Source: a virus
Taxonomy: Duplodnaviria > Caudoviricetes
Strand: one strand, 5' to 3'
Virus record (IMG/VR): IMGVR_UViG_3300045837_000178
Location: 1 to 37,491 of that record
Length of the DNA: 37,491 nt
The notes under the pieces were generated by a model. It worked only from the letters and a program-made list of their open reading frames with translations, was not told where the DNA came from and made no database searches. Of the stretch, positions 17,704-26,139 are shown one piece after another (the first letter of the stretch is position 1; each line of letters starts with the position of its first letter). The translations under genes were made by a program, and so were the position numbers.

Positions 17704-18221
17704 GAGCGCTGACCCTGACCCCGCCGTGGGGGACGCTCGTCGCGTTCGGCGAGAAGCAGGTCGAGACGCGCTCCTGGGGGACCAGCTACCGCGGCCCGCT
17801 CGCGATCCACCAGGCGAAGAGCGTCGCCCCGATCGGCGGCGAGGCGGGACTCCGGCTGCTGCTCGAGCGGGAGCCGTTTCGGAGCGTCCTAGCCGTCCAT
17901 CTCGGCGGCTACACGACCGACGAGATGGCCGCGGAGCTGCCGCGCGGCTGCATCGTCGCGACCGCACAGCTCATCGACTGCGTCCCGACGGCCGGCAGCC
18001 TGGATGAGACGCTCGAGCGCCACCGGGACCGCCGTCGCGGCGGCGCGGACGTCCTCGCGCTCCCTCCGCCGCGCGAGGCGGAGTTCGGCGACTACAGCCT
18101 CGGCCGCTACGCCTGGGTGCTGACGCGGGTCGTCAACCTCTACGACGGCTTGGAGTACCGCGGCGGTCGTGGCCTGTGGCGCGTTCCCGACGACGTCGCC
18201 GTCGAGGTACTCGCCGCGTGA
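17700..18221 (+). CDS. ASCH domain protein
   Basis: ALTLTPPWG.LVAFGEKQVETRSW..YRGPLAIH, FGDYS.GRYAW, GGRGLW. Confidence 0.88.
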   Translation: MRALTLTPPWGTLVAFGEKQVETRSWGTSYRGPLAIHQAKSVAPIGGEAGLRLLLEREPFRSVLAVHLGGYTTDEMAAELPRGCIVATAQLIDCVPTAGSLDETLERHRDRRRGGADVLALPPPREAEFGDYSLGRYAWVLTRVVNLYDGLEYRGGRGLWRVPDDVAVEVLAA

Positions 18222-18460
18222 TCGAGATGCGGCCCGCGGAGTACAAGCAGTTCCATCCCGTCTGCCGTCGGCACCGCTGGCGCGAGGTAGGGGAGCGGCT
18301 CGTGCTGCCGTCGTTCATGGAGGAGGCCGTCCGCACCGGCCACGAGATCAAGAGCTACAAGCCCGGCGCGTTCGGCGACCCCTCCGCCCTCAGCCACAAG
18401 GACGTGATCGTCACCCTCGAGTGCGCCGACTGCGGCGCACAGGACGTCCGTCGTGTCTAG
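18218..18460 (+). CDS. Small Zn-ribbon hypothetical protein
   Basis: C..H.W...CADCG; GTGA overlap. Confidence 0.55.
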   Translation: MIEMRPAEYKQFHPVCRRHRWREVGERLVLPSFMEEAVRTGHEIKSYKPGAFGDPSALSHKDVIVTLECADCGAQDVRRV

Positions 18461-19634
18461 CGTCGCGGTCCTCCTGGTGAAGGACGAGGCCGACATCGTC
18501 GGCTACACCGTCGAGTACCTGCTCGGCCAGGTCGACGAGGTCGTCGTCAGCGACAACGGCAGCACGGACGGCACCCTCGACGTCCTCGACTCGCTCGCCT
18601 GCCCCGATCTGGTCGTCCTCCACGACCCCGACGTCGCCTACTACCAGGCCGAGAAGACCAGCCGCCTCGCCGCCGACGCGCTCGAGCGCGGCCACCAGTG
18701 GGTCGTCCCCTGCGACGCCGACGAGCTGTGGTACGCGACCGACGGCCGCCCGCTGGCCGCGTTCCTCGCCGGCCTCGCCCCCGACGTCGCCTACGTCGAG
18801 GCCGAGCTCTACAACCACCTCCCCGCGGGCATCGACGCGCCCGACCGCTGCGACACGTGCGGCGACCGAGGATGGACGACCGAGCCCGGCCCCGAGCCCG
18901 ACCTCCCGAACCGCGTCCCCTGCGAGACGTGCGGCGGGCGCGTCCAGCCGAACCCGTACAGGCGGATCGGGTGGCGGCAGCGCGAGCACGGCGCCCTCCC
19001 CAAGGTCGCCTGCCGCCTCCGCCCCGGCCTCGAGATCCGCCAGGGCAACCACAGCGCCTACGCCCCCGGCAGCGGCCTCGCCGCCGGCGGACTCTGCGTC
19101 CGCCACCTCTCCTGGCGCAGCGCCGACCAGTACGAGCGCAAGATCGCCAACGGCTACGCCGCCTACGCCGCCACCGCTCTCCCCGACGCGGTCGGCGCGC
19201 ACTGGCGCATGTTCGGCCCCCCCGACGACCCCACCTTCGCGGAGCGCGTCCGAGACCACTTCCACGCCTGGTTCCACGTCCCCGACCCGACGACGCGCCC
19301 CGACCTGATCTACGACCCCGCCCCCTACCGGACGCGCTCAGAACAGCGCGATAACAGCGCGCCCCCCGACGGGGTACAGTCAGCCACGAAGGGAGACCCG
19401 ATGGACGAAGACCAGCACGACGAGCGCGCAGAGCCGCCGGAGGCGCAGGCGGCGTCGCGGCGCCTGACCACCCTGCAGACGATCCACGACGACCTCGAGG
19501 CGGCGCTGTTCGCCGCGGAGAGCATCGGCGGAGACGACCTGAGCGAGGCGCAGGAGCGCGCGTACGCGATCCTCGAGTTTAAGCTCGAGGAGGCGTTCCT
19601 GTGGACGAAGAGGGCGATCGAGCACTCCTCCTAG
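18453..19634 (+). CDS. Glycosyltransferase family 2; GT domain ends near 19330 and the ORF runs into a probably separate gene
   Basis: VKDEADI, SDNGSTDGT, PCDADELW, QGNH, RHLSWRS; internal CDTC..CETC insertion. Confidence 0.85.
   Translation: MSSVAVLLVKDEADIVGYTVEYLLGQVDEVVVSDNGSTDGTLDVLDSLACPDLVVLHDPDVAYYQAEKTSRLAADALERGHQWVVPCDADELWYATDGRPLAAFLAGLAPDVAYVEAELYNHLPAGIDAPDRCDTCGDRGWTTEPGPEPDLPNRVPCETCGGRVQPNPYRRIGWRQREHGALPKVACRLRPGLEIRQGNHSAYAPGSGLAAGGLCVRHLSWRSADQYERKIANGYAAYAATALPDAVGAHWRMFGPPDDPTFAERVRDHFHAWFHVPDPTTRPDLIYDPAPYRTRSEQRDNSAPPDGVQSATKGDPMDEDQHDERAEPPEAQAASRRLTTLQTIHDDLEAALFAAESIGGDDLSEAQERAYAILEFKLEEAFLWTKRAIEHSS
19401..19634 (+). CDS. Probable independent small helical protein, in frame with the upstream GT
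   Basis: Own RBS (AAGGGAG) and TACAGT upstream of ATG 19401; KLEEAFLWTKRAI. Confidence 0.55.
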   Translation: MDEDQHDERAEPPEAQAASRRLTTLQTIHDDLEAALFAAESIGGDDLSEAQERAYAILEFKLEEAFLWTKRAIEHSS

Positions 19635-19672
19635 CCCGCGGGGACGGAACACCGACGAACGAAGGAGAACCG

Positions 19673-19840
19673 ATGAGCGACGAGCACGAGCAGACCGAGG
19701 GCGTCGAGGGCGACCCGGCCCCCGAGGACGGCGGCGAGGAGACCGGCGCCGAGACCGGCGACGGCGAGGCCGCGACCGAGGAGCCGGCCGAGACCGGCGA
19801 GCCGGGCGGCGAGGAGCCGGAGGACGTCCCGGCCGAGTGA
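19673..19840 (+). CDS. Very acidic small protein
   Basis: RBS AAGGAG; E/G/T/P-rich 55 aa. Confidence 0.55.
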   Translation: MSDEHEQTEGVEGDPAPEDGGEETGAETGDGEAATEEPAETGEPGGEEPEDVPAE

Positions 19841-20217
19841 GCGCCGTCGTCCTCACCGAGCCGCGCGTCGACTTCGACCAGGACGTCGAGGCGCGCCGCC
19901 GCGACGCGGACGAGGACTACGACGGCTGGTACTGCGTGGCGACGAGCCCGTTCCCGTGCCCGGCGGCGGGCTGCGGGTTCGTCGCCCGCCACATGACGGC
20001 GGCGCACCTGGTGGTGGTGTGGCCGAGGATCGACGACCCGGCGCTGCTCGGGCAGGCGCGAGGGGCGCGCGAGGTGGGCCGGAACCCGCGCGTGGTCGCG
20101 TACGAGCCGGGGTTCGGGCCGTGTATCTCGTGGGACGAGTGGCAGCGGATCGGCCGGCCGATCCACGGGAGGATCGCGCGGCCGGACGGGTGGGAGGACG
20201 AGCCGTGGCGGCTGTGA
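19837..20217 (+). CDS. Hypothetical protein
   Basis: GTGA overlaps; 126 aa. Confidence 0.65.
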   Translation: MSAVVLTEPRVDFDQDVEARRRDADEDYDGWYCVATSPFPCPAAGCGFVARHMTAAHLVVVWPRIDDPALLGQARGAREVGRNPRVVAYEPGFGPCISWDEWQRIGRPIHGRIARPDGWEDEPWRL

Positions 20218-20537
20218 CCCACGACGTCGAGGTGACCGGCGAGGGCTACCAGTGGGACGCCCGCTGCTCGTGCGGGTGGGTGTGCCTCAACCTCGCGACC
20301 AAGGCGAAGGCCGAGGCGGAGACGGTGGCGCACACCGTCGAGCCGCTCACGCAGGAGGAGGTGGACGAGCTGCCGGAGGGCGCGGAGGTCGTGATCACGT
20401 GGAGCGGCGGGAACGGCCCGTGGCGCTACACGATCGCCGTCGACCGGAACGGATGCCGGATGGCGAAGGAGGCGAACGCCTACATCGACTTCGTCGGCCC
20501 CGAGCGACCCTTCACGGTGGTTCGTCGTGCCGCCTGA
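20214..20537 (+). CDS. Hypothetical protein
   Basis: CSCGW..H N-terminus; WSGGNGP. Confidence 0.6.
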   Translation: MTHDVEVTGEGYQWDARCSCGWVCLNLATKAKAEAETVAHTVEPLTQEEVDELPEGAEVVITWSGGNGPWRYTIAVDRNGCRMAKEANAYIDFVGPERPFTVVRRAA

Positions 20538-20751
20538 GGGTCCGCGCTGGATCGTCGCGTCGCGCGACGTCGTCCCGCTGGGACACGCGAAGTTCGCGGT
20601 GTGGAAGGCGTTCGGATGCTGGCCGGCCGACGACGACCTGGAGGTCGTGCAGGATGCGCCTGTGATCCCGGACGCGAGGCTCTACGTGATCGATCGGCAC
20701 GCGATCGAGGAGGTACCCGAGATGGGCGAGGGGTGGCTTCGTGTCGGCTGA
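20527..20751 (+). CDS. Small hypothetical protein
   Basis: Overlaps neighbours; 74 aa. Confidence 0.5.
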   Translation: MPPEGPRWIVASRDVVPLGHAKFAVWKAFGCWPADDDLEVVQDAPVIPDARLYVIDRHAIEEVPEMGEGWLRVG

Positions 20752-20938
20752 CCTGACCTGGCCGGAGGGTGGGCTGCCGCACGGCGAGCATCCCGACGAC
20801 GAGCGCGCCGAGGCCGAGAGCGACGACTTCGACGAGTGGGGGAACGCGGGGCGCTACCTTCCGCACATGCCCTACCCGACGCTGAAGCCTGAGCATCGCC
20901 GTGTCCCGGCGGGCGAGTGCGACTGCGGGGCGCGGTGA
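20741..20938 (+). CDS. Small hypothetical protein
   Basis: 65 aa; stop overlaps the epimerase start. Confidence 0.45.
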   Translation: MSADLTWPEGGLPHGEHPDDERAEAESDDFDEWGNAGRYLPHMPYPTLKPEHRRVPAGECDCGAR

Positions 20939-21879
20939 GCGGGCGCGCTCTCGTGACCGGCGGCGCCGGCTTCATCGGCTCCCACCTCGTGGACGAGCTC
21001 CGCTGTGGCGGCTGGGAGGTCGCGGTCGTGGACGACCTCTCCTCCTCTACGCGCGAGTACGTGCGCGGCGACGCCTCGTTCCACCACCGCGACGTGTGCG
21101 AGCTGGTCGATCAGCGAGTCAGGGAGGAGGTAGGGTCGGCCGACGCGATCTTCCACCTAGCCGCGCAGTCGAGCGTCGCCCGGAGCGTCCGTGACCCGCT
21201 AGACGACGCGCTGCGGAACGTGATCGGGACGGTCTGCGTCCTCGAGGCCGCCCGCGCGTGGGGTTCCCGCGTCGTCTTCGCCTCGACCGGGGGCGCGATG
21301 TACGGCGAGTGCGACCGGCCCGCCGAGGAGCACGACGAGCTGCGTCCAGCCGCCCCGTACGGCTGGTCGAAGCGCGCCGCCGAGCTCTACGTCCTCGGGT
21401 ACGCGCGCCTGCACCGGATGCCGAACCTCGTACTGCGCTACGCGAACGTATACGGGCCGCGGCAGCGCCCCGACGGGGAGGCCGGCGTCGTCTCGATCCT
21501 CGTCGACGCCGCGACCGACGGCCGGACCGCGACGATCCACGGCGACGGCGAGCAGACCCGCGACTTCGTCCACGTCTGGGACGTCGTCCGCGCCACCGTC
21601 CAGGCGGCGGAGCAGGACCTGCGCGGCGTCTACAACGTCGGCACCGGGTTCGAGACCCGGATCCTCGACCTCCACCGCCTCGTCGCCGAGGTCACGCACG
21701 ACGACCCCGACTCCTGGCTCCCCCTGTTCGGGCCGGAGCGGCCGGGCGACCTGCGCCGCAGCGTCGTCTCGCCGGGCGCGCTCTGTCGCGATCTCGGCTG
21801 GGCGCCGCTGGTCAGCCTCGACGTCGGCGTCGAGCTCGTGTACGAGTGGCTCCTCGACCGGCAGGCGACGCGCGCGTGA
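20935..21879 (+). CDS. NAD-dependent nucleotide-sugar epimerase/dehydratase (GalE-like extended SDR)
   Basis: TGGAGFIGSH, HLAAQ, ASTGGAMYG, YGWSK (YxxxK), RYANVYGPRQ, GDGEQTRDFVHV. Confidence 0.93.
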   Translation: MSGRALVTGGAGFIGSHLVDELRCGGWEVAVVDDLSSSTREYVRGDASFHHRDVCELVDQRVREEVGSADAIFHLAAQSSVARSVRDPLDDALRNVIGTVCVLEAARAWGSRVVFASTGGAMYGECDRPAEEHDELRPAAPYGWSKRAAELYVLGYARLHRMPNLVLRYANVYGPRQRPDGEAGVVSILVDAATDGRTATIHGDGEQTRDFVHVWDVVRATVQAAEQDLRGVYNVGTGFETRILDLHRLVAEVTHDDPDSWLPLFGPERPGDLRRSVVSPGALCRDLGWAPLVSLDVGVELVYEWLLDRQATRA

Positions 21880-22235
21880 TCCCGTCCGCCTGGGTGTCCG
21901 TCGTCCTCGCGCTCGGCGCGTTCCGGGTCGCGCGGCTGGTCGGATGGGACGACCTGCCGCCGATCCAGCGGCTCCGCGACCGCGTGGTGGGCGCCGACTA
22001 CTCGCAGACCGGGTCGGCGAACGCCGGGTACACGTCGGAGACGCCGAGCTACGCGTGGCGGTTCCGGCGGCCGACGCTCGCGCACTTCCTCGGCTGCGCG
22101 TTCTGCCAGGGGTTCTGGGTGAGCTGCGCCGTGTACGTGGCCTGGCTCGAGGAGCCGGCCTGGACGCTCTACGTCGTCGCCCCGTTCGCGCTGTCCGCCG
22201 CGGTCGGGCTCCTGGCGAAGAACCTCGACCCGTGA
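21876..22235 (+). CDS. DUF1360-like membrane protein
   Basis: ALGAFRVARLV..DD, LGCAFCQGFW, hydrophobic helices. Confidence 0.75.
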   Translation: MIPSAWVSVVLALGAFRVARLVGWDDLPPIQRLRDRVVGADYSQTGSANAGYTSETPSYAWRFRRPTLAHFLGCAFCQGFWVSCAVYVAWLEEPAWTLYVVAPFALSAAVGLLAKNLDP

Positions 22236-22335
22236 GCGCAAACCTGGACCTGACGCAGGGCGAGCTGCTGGTCGGGCGTGGGGATTGGCTACTTGAAGCA
22301 CGGTAGTTTCCCCTCTAGCTGCGCTGCTAGCATAA

Positions 22336-22349
22336 CGAACATGTGTTCG
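22336..22349. promoter_or_regulatory. LexA/SOS box (CGAAC-N4-GTTCG)
   Basis: CGAACATGTGTTCG in an AT-richer intergenic patch, flanked by TATGCT on both strands (22350-22355 plus, 22329-22334 minus). Confidence 0.75.
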
Positions 22350-22390
22350 TATGCTGGATTGAATCGCTTCGTGAGCGTAGGCTCTCCGGC

Positions 22391-22873
22391 ATGGCGAACA
22401 TGGGCAAGAGGGCGAGCGTGGCCTACGCGATGATCGGTTTCGCCGAGGACAAGCTCGTCCCAAACGATCCGCGTGAAGCACTTCGCGCATCGCTTCGCGC
22501 AGGCACCCGCGTCGAGAGGTACGGGCGACGGTGGTTCATGTGCCTCGTGACGCTGAGGCACCGCGACCGGGTGGCGAAGGGGCGCGTCCTCACCCGGCCG
22601 CTGTGGCGGTTCCGGTTCTTCGCCCCGCACCACCGACGGCTCGGAGTCGGCGTCGTCCGCGTCAAGCAGGTCCTGATCCTAGCCGCGCCTGTCACCGCCG
22701 TGAGCTACGCGCGGGTCTGGGGGTACGCCGGGATCGTGTACGCGGCCGTCGTGGTCGCGCTCTACCTGGACGACTACCTGACCGGAGGCGACGACGAGTG
22801 GCGGCGCTTCCTCGAGTGGCTGCGACGGCTCCGCCGCCGCCGCCGGTCCGTGCTGGCGCTCGGGTCGCGGTAA
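22391..22873 (+). CDS. Membrane protein (leaderless)
   Basis: ATG 7 nt after TAGGCT 22378-22383; two C-terminal hydrophobic segments. Confidence 0.55.
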   Translation: MANMGKRASVAYAMIGFAEDKLVPNDPREALRASLRAGTRVERYGRRWFMCLVTLRHRDRVAKGRVLTRPLWRFRFFAPHHRRLGVGVVRVKQVLILAAPVTAVSYARVWGYAGIVYAAVVVALYLDDYLTGGDDEWRRFLEWLRRLRRRRRSVLALGSR

Positions 22874-22944
22874 GCGGCACGTAAATCCGAGGTGCCGCGG
22901 ACGGCGCGCCCTAGCGTTCGCTGCCACAATCGAGAGGAGGCATC

Positions 22945-23421
22945 GTGGTACAGCTCCTATCCGCCGCCGGCCGCGCCTTCCTGCGCGCGTTCGCGGCCTC
23001 GCTGCTCGTCCTGGGCGTCGGCGTCCTCGCCGCCCCCGACCTCAACCGCGCCAAGCTCCTCGGCGTCGCCGCGCTCCTCGGGGCGGTCGCCGCCGGGATC
23101 AGGGCGCTCCAGGGGTACGTCCCGTCGCTGTCGGTCGCCGCCTACCTCGGCCACCCGTACGGCGACTGGGCCGACTCGTTCCTGCACGGGTTCCTCACGT
23201 CGCTGCTCGTCACGCTCCCCGGCGCGTTCGGCGCGCCCGACCTCCACACGGCCCGGGCGCTCGCGGTCGGGGCGATCGTCGGCGCGTTCAACGCCGGGAT
23301 GCGGGCGCTGCAGGGCGTCCTCACCGTCGGCGAGCATCCGGCCCCGGCGGTCGGGGTGAGTCCGCCCCCGAACAGCTACTCGTACCACCTGCCGACGTCG
23401 TCGGGGGCGCCGCCGGCGTGA
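22945..23421 (+). CDS. Holin-like four-helix membrane protein with internal repeat
   Basis: RBS GAGGAGG; two similar halves (FL.AF..SLLV..APDL..A..L...GA..AG.RALQG). Confidence 0.65.
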   Translation: MVQLLSAAGRAFLRAFAASLLVLGVGVLAAPDLNRAKLLGVAALLGAVAAGIRALQGYVPSLSVAAYLGHPYGDWADSFLHGFLTSLLVTLPGAFGAPDLHTARALAVGAIVGAFNAGMRALQGVLTVGEHPAPAVGVSPPPNSYSYHLPTSSGAPPA

Positions 23422-23539
23422 ACACGGCGCTGCTCGAGCGGGACAGGCTGCGCGCCCGGGCGGCCGCCGCTCGGCTGCGCGCCCGGTGGCTCCGCCTCGA
23501 CGCGGAGCGGTCGACCGCCGCGCGCGGTACGCTCCGGGC

Positions 23540-23614
23540 CGCGCCGTGGAGAAGTCCGGTCATCTCGCGAGGCCCATAACCTCGAGATCGCGGGTTCGAA
23601 TCCCGCCGGCGCCA
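23540..23614 (+). tRNA. tRNA-Met(CAT), initiator-like, CCA not encoded
   Basis: Acceptor 23540-46/23607-13 with C1:C72 mismatch; D stem GAGA/TCTC; anticodon stem CGAGG/CCTCG with loop CCCATAA; T arm GCGGG-TTCGAAT-CCCGC; TACGCT at 23528-33. Confidence 0.92.
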
Positions 23615-23701
23615 CTGTCGCCGGTTCGAGTCCGGCCCGCCTGAAAGGGCGGTAGCTTAGGTCGGCCCCGGCGGGGGTCGCATGGGAGAGCAGGCGCGGG
23701 A
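23615..23701 (+). ncRNA. Circularly permuted tRNA-like element (T arm, closed acceptor stem, D arm)
   Basis: GCCGG-TTCGAGT-CCGGC 23620-36; CCGCCT-GAAA-GGGCGG 23637-52; TA-GCTT..GAGC 23653-91. Confidence 0.7.
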
Positions 23702-23975
23702 CGACTGGAACTGCCGGTCGAGCGGTCGGGAGTAGCGCCCCGTAGACGACCCGCATCGAGCACTCGATCCCCGCTGCCTCGAGTTTCCGGCGTAGCTGCC
23801 ACACCTGGACGCTCAGGCTCTTCAGGCTGGCCGCGCGCACGTGGTCGCGGAGCTCGACCCACGGCACGACCCGGTAGGGGTCGTCGAGGAGCTTGTCGTA
23901 GATCCGCTCGAGCGTCGCCGACAGCTCCAGCGGCCGGATCGTCCCGTCCTCGTAGACCACCGCGTGACCGTCCAC
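23657..23975 (-). CDS. OmpR/PhoB-type winged-helix DNA-binding protein; C-terminus uncertain (possible frameshift in a G4 run)
   Basis: LERIYDKL..PYRVVPWVEL..SLSVQVWQLRRKL...I; GTG 7 nt after TAGCCT (minus strand, 23983-23988). Confidence 0.65.
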
Positions 23976-24069
23976 CCGCGGGAGGCTACGCCGAACCGCA
24001 TGACGCTGCGGGTAGCGCGCGCGACACTACGCCCGACAACGGCCCGACACTCGAGGAGGAGACCACACG

Positions 24070-24240
24070 ATGGGATGCGGCTGTGGAGGTTCGAAGCGCT
24101 CGGCGGAGCAGGTTCCGCGCGACCAGGTACGCCGTCCCGCAGCGCGCCCGGCGGGCGCCGCGAGAGGCCAGGGCGACGGCGGGTTCGTGTGGCGCGGCCC
24201 GCGCCGCAACCCGCAGCCGACCGGGCAGCAGCAGGCCTAG
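24070..24240 (+). CDS. Small MGCGCG-type protein (absent from the ORF track)
   Basis: RBS GAGGAG; MGCGCGGSKRS...QQQA; its stop directly abuts the portal ATG. Confidence 0.7.
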   Translation: MGCGCGGSKRSAEQVPRDQVRRPAARPAGAARGQGDGGFVWRGPRRNPQPTGQQQA

Positions 24241-26139
24241 ATGGGGCTGTTCCGCCGCCCCGTCCCCGTCGGGAGCGGCTTCCCGAACCTCGACGGGGTG
24301 AAGATCGCGGACGCGCTGACGGCCGCCGGCTTCCGCGTCGACCACAAGGACGCCGACCAGATGCGGCGGCTGATCCAGCCGTGGCAGGCGCGCGCGTTCG
24401 CGTACTACGACCTGCTCGGCGAGCTGTGGTACGCCGCCCAGTTCTACGCCCGCATGATGTCGCTGCTCCGCCTCTACCCGGCCGAGCTCGACGACAACGG
24501 CGACTGGGTCGAGACGACCGCGGAGCCGGCGGTCGCCGCGCTCGAGCGGATCCAGGACCCCGGCGGCGGGCGGGAGGCGCTCCTGACCGCGTACGGGCGG
24601 CTGATGTTCATCGCCGGCGAGTCGTACCTGCTCTGCTCGATCGACCCGGAGACCGGGCTGGAGCAGTGGGAGATGCTCTCGACGGACGAGCTGCGGATCC
24701 AGTCGGGCGTGTACACGCGCTACCGGGCGCCGTCGATGGCGGCCGAGAACCTGCACGAGCCGTCCGACGACGACTTCGAGCCGCTCGGCGACACGGCGAT
24801 CGCGTACCGGCTGTGGCGGCGCCACCCGCGCTACTCGATGCTCGCCGACAGCCCGATGAAGGGCGTCCTCGACCTCGCCGAGGAGCTGCTGCTGCTGACG
24901 CGCGCCGTCCGCGCGCGGGCGCGGTCGCGGCCGGCGTCGGCGGGGATCCTGGCGATCTCGGAGGACTTCTCGCACGCCCCGCGGGAGACGGTCCCGGACG
25001 AGGACATCGAGCTCGACCCGTTCCTGCGCGACCTGCGCGACGCGATGCTCGCCCCGATCGGGAACGAGGGGTCGCCGTCGGCGGTGGTGCCGCTGGTGGT
25101 GCGCGGCACGACGAACGCGGTCGAGAAGGGCATCCGGCACATCCAGATCGTCGACCCGACTCAGCTCTACCCGGAGACGGGGCTGCGGTACGAGTGCATC
25201 AAGCGGATGGCGATCGGCCTCGACCTGCCGCCGGAGATCCTCCTCGGCCTCGCCGACTCGAACCACTGGACGGGCTGGCTCGTCGACGAGACGACCTGGA
25301 AGGCGCACGGCCAGCCGGCGTCGAACCAGCTCGTGAACGACCTGACGTCGGCGTACTTCCGGCCGCAGCTCCGCGAGGACGGCGTCCAGGACTGGGAGCG
25401 GTACGCCATCGCCTACGACGCGTCGGCGATCGTCAACCACCCCGACCGGGCCACGGACGCGCAGAAGCTGTACGACCGGCGAGCGATCGGCAAGCAGGCG
25501 CTCCGCGACGCGGCGGGCTTCGACGAGGAGGACGCGCCCGACGACGACGAGCTGAACGAGATGATCGGGGTCGCCGTCCGCGACGGGTCGCTGGCCCTGT
25601 TCGGGATCCCGTCGGTGAAGGCGGGCGGCATCGAGACCGAACCGGGCGAGCTCGTCAGCGCCGACGGCACCGCGCAGGGTCAGGTCGGCCCGACCACGGG
25701 CGCGGAGGTCGAGCCGGGGCCGGCGAAGAGCAACGGCGCGGTGGACAACGAGTCGCTGACGGGGGCGGCGCGGATCGCCGGGGCGGCCGACCTAGCGATG
25801 CTCCGCGCGCGCGAGGTCGCCGGCAGCCGCCTGCGGTCGCTCGCCAAGCGCGACCCCGAGGCGCAGAAGCTGATCGACGGCGTCCCGAACCGGACGGTCG
25901 CCGCCCGTCTCGGCGCCGAGATGGTGAAGCGGCTCGGCGAGGACGAGCGCGCCCTCGTCGCGCGCGCGCGCGGCGTCCTCGAGGACGCGCTGCGTATGTG
26001 GGGGCTGGACGAGGAGACCGCGGCGCTGCTCGTCGACCAGGTGGAGCGGCACGCAGCCCGGACGCTGTACGACGAGAACCCGTCGCCGCTGCCGCCGCAG
26101 TTCCGGTCGTACGTCGCCGGCGTTCTCGCGAGGTCGTGA
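24241..26139 (+). CDS. Portal protein (actinophage type)
   Basis: WQARAFAYYDLLGELWY, IAGESYL, RLWRRHP..ADSP, SAVVPLV, GLDLPPEILLG..SNHW; first gene of the head module. Confidence 0.88.
   Translation: MGLFRRPVPVGSGFPNLDGVKIADALTAAGFRVDHKDADQMRRLIQPWQARAFAYYDLLGELWYAAQFYARMMSLLRLYPAELDDNGDWVETTAEPAVAALERIQDPGGGREALLTAYGRLMFIAGESYLLCSIDPETGLEQWEMLSTDELRIQSGVYTRYRAPSMAAENLHEPSDDDFEPLGDTAIAYRLWRRHPRYSMLADSPMKGVLDLAEELLLLTRAVRARARSRPASAGILAISEDFSHAPRETVPDEDIELDPFLRDLRDAMLAPIGNEGSPSAVVPLVVRGTTNAVEKGIRHIQIVDPTQLYPETGLRYECIKRMAIGLDLPPEILLGLADSNHWTGWLVDETTWKAHGQPASNQLVNDLTSAYFRPQLREDGVQDWERYAIAYDASAIVNHPDRATDAQKLYDRRAIGKQALRDAAGFDEEDAPDDDELNEMIGVAVRDGSLALFGIPSVKAGGIETEPGELVSADGTAQGQVGPTTGAEVEPGPAKSNGAVDNESLTGAARIAGAADLAMLRAREVAGSRLRSLAKRDPEAQKLIDGVPNRTVAARLGAEMVKRLGEDERALVARARGVLEDALRMWGLDEETAALLVDQVERHAARTLYDENPSPLPPQFRSYVAGVLARS

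Noticed and set aside
23376-23656. C-terminal half of the 199-aa minus ORF
   Set aside because: It is the antisense translation of the tRNA and T-arm sequences (AGFEPA, AGLEPA).
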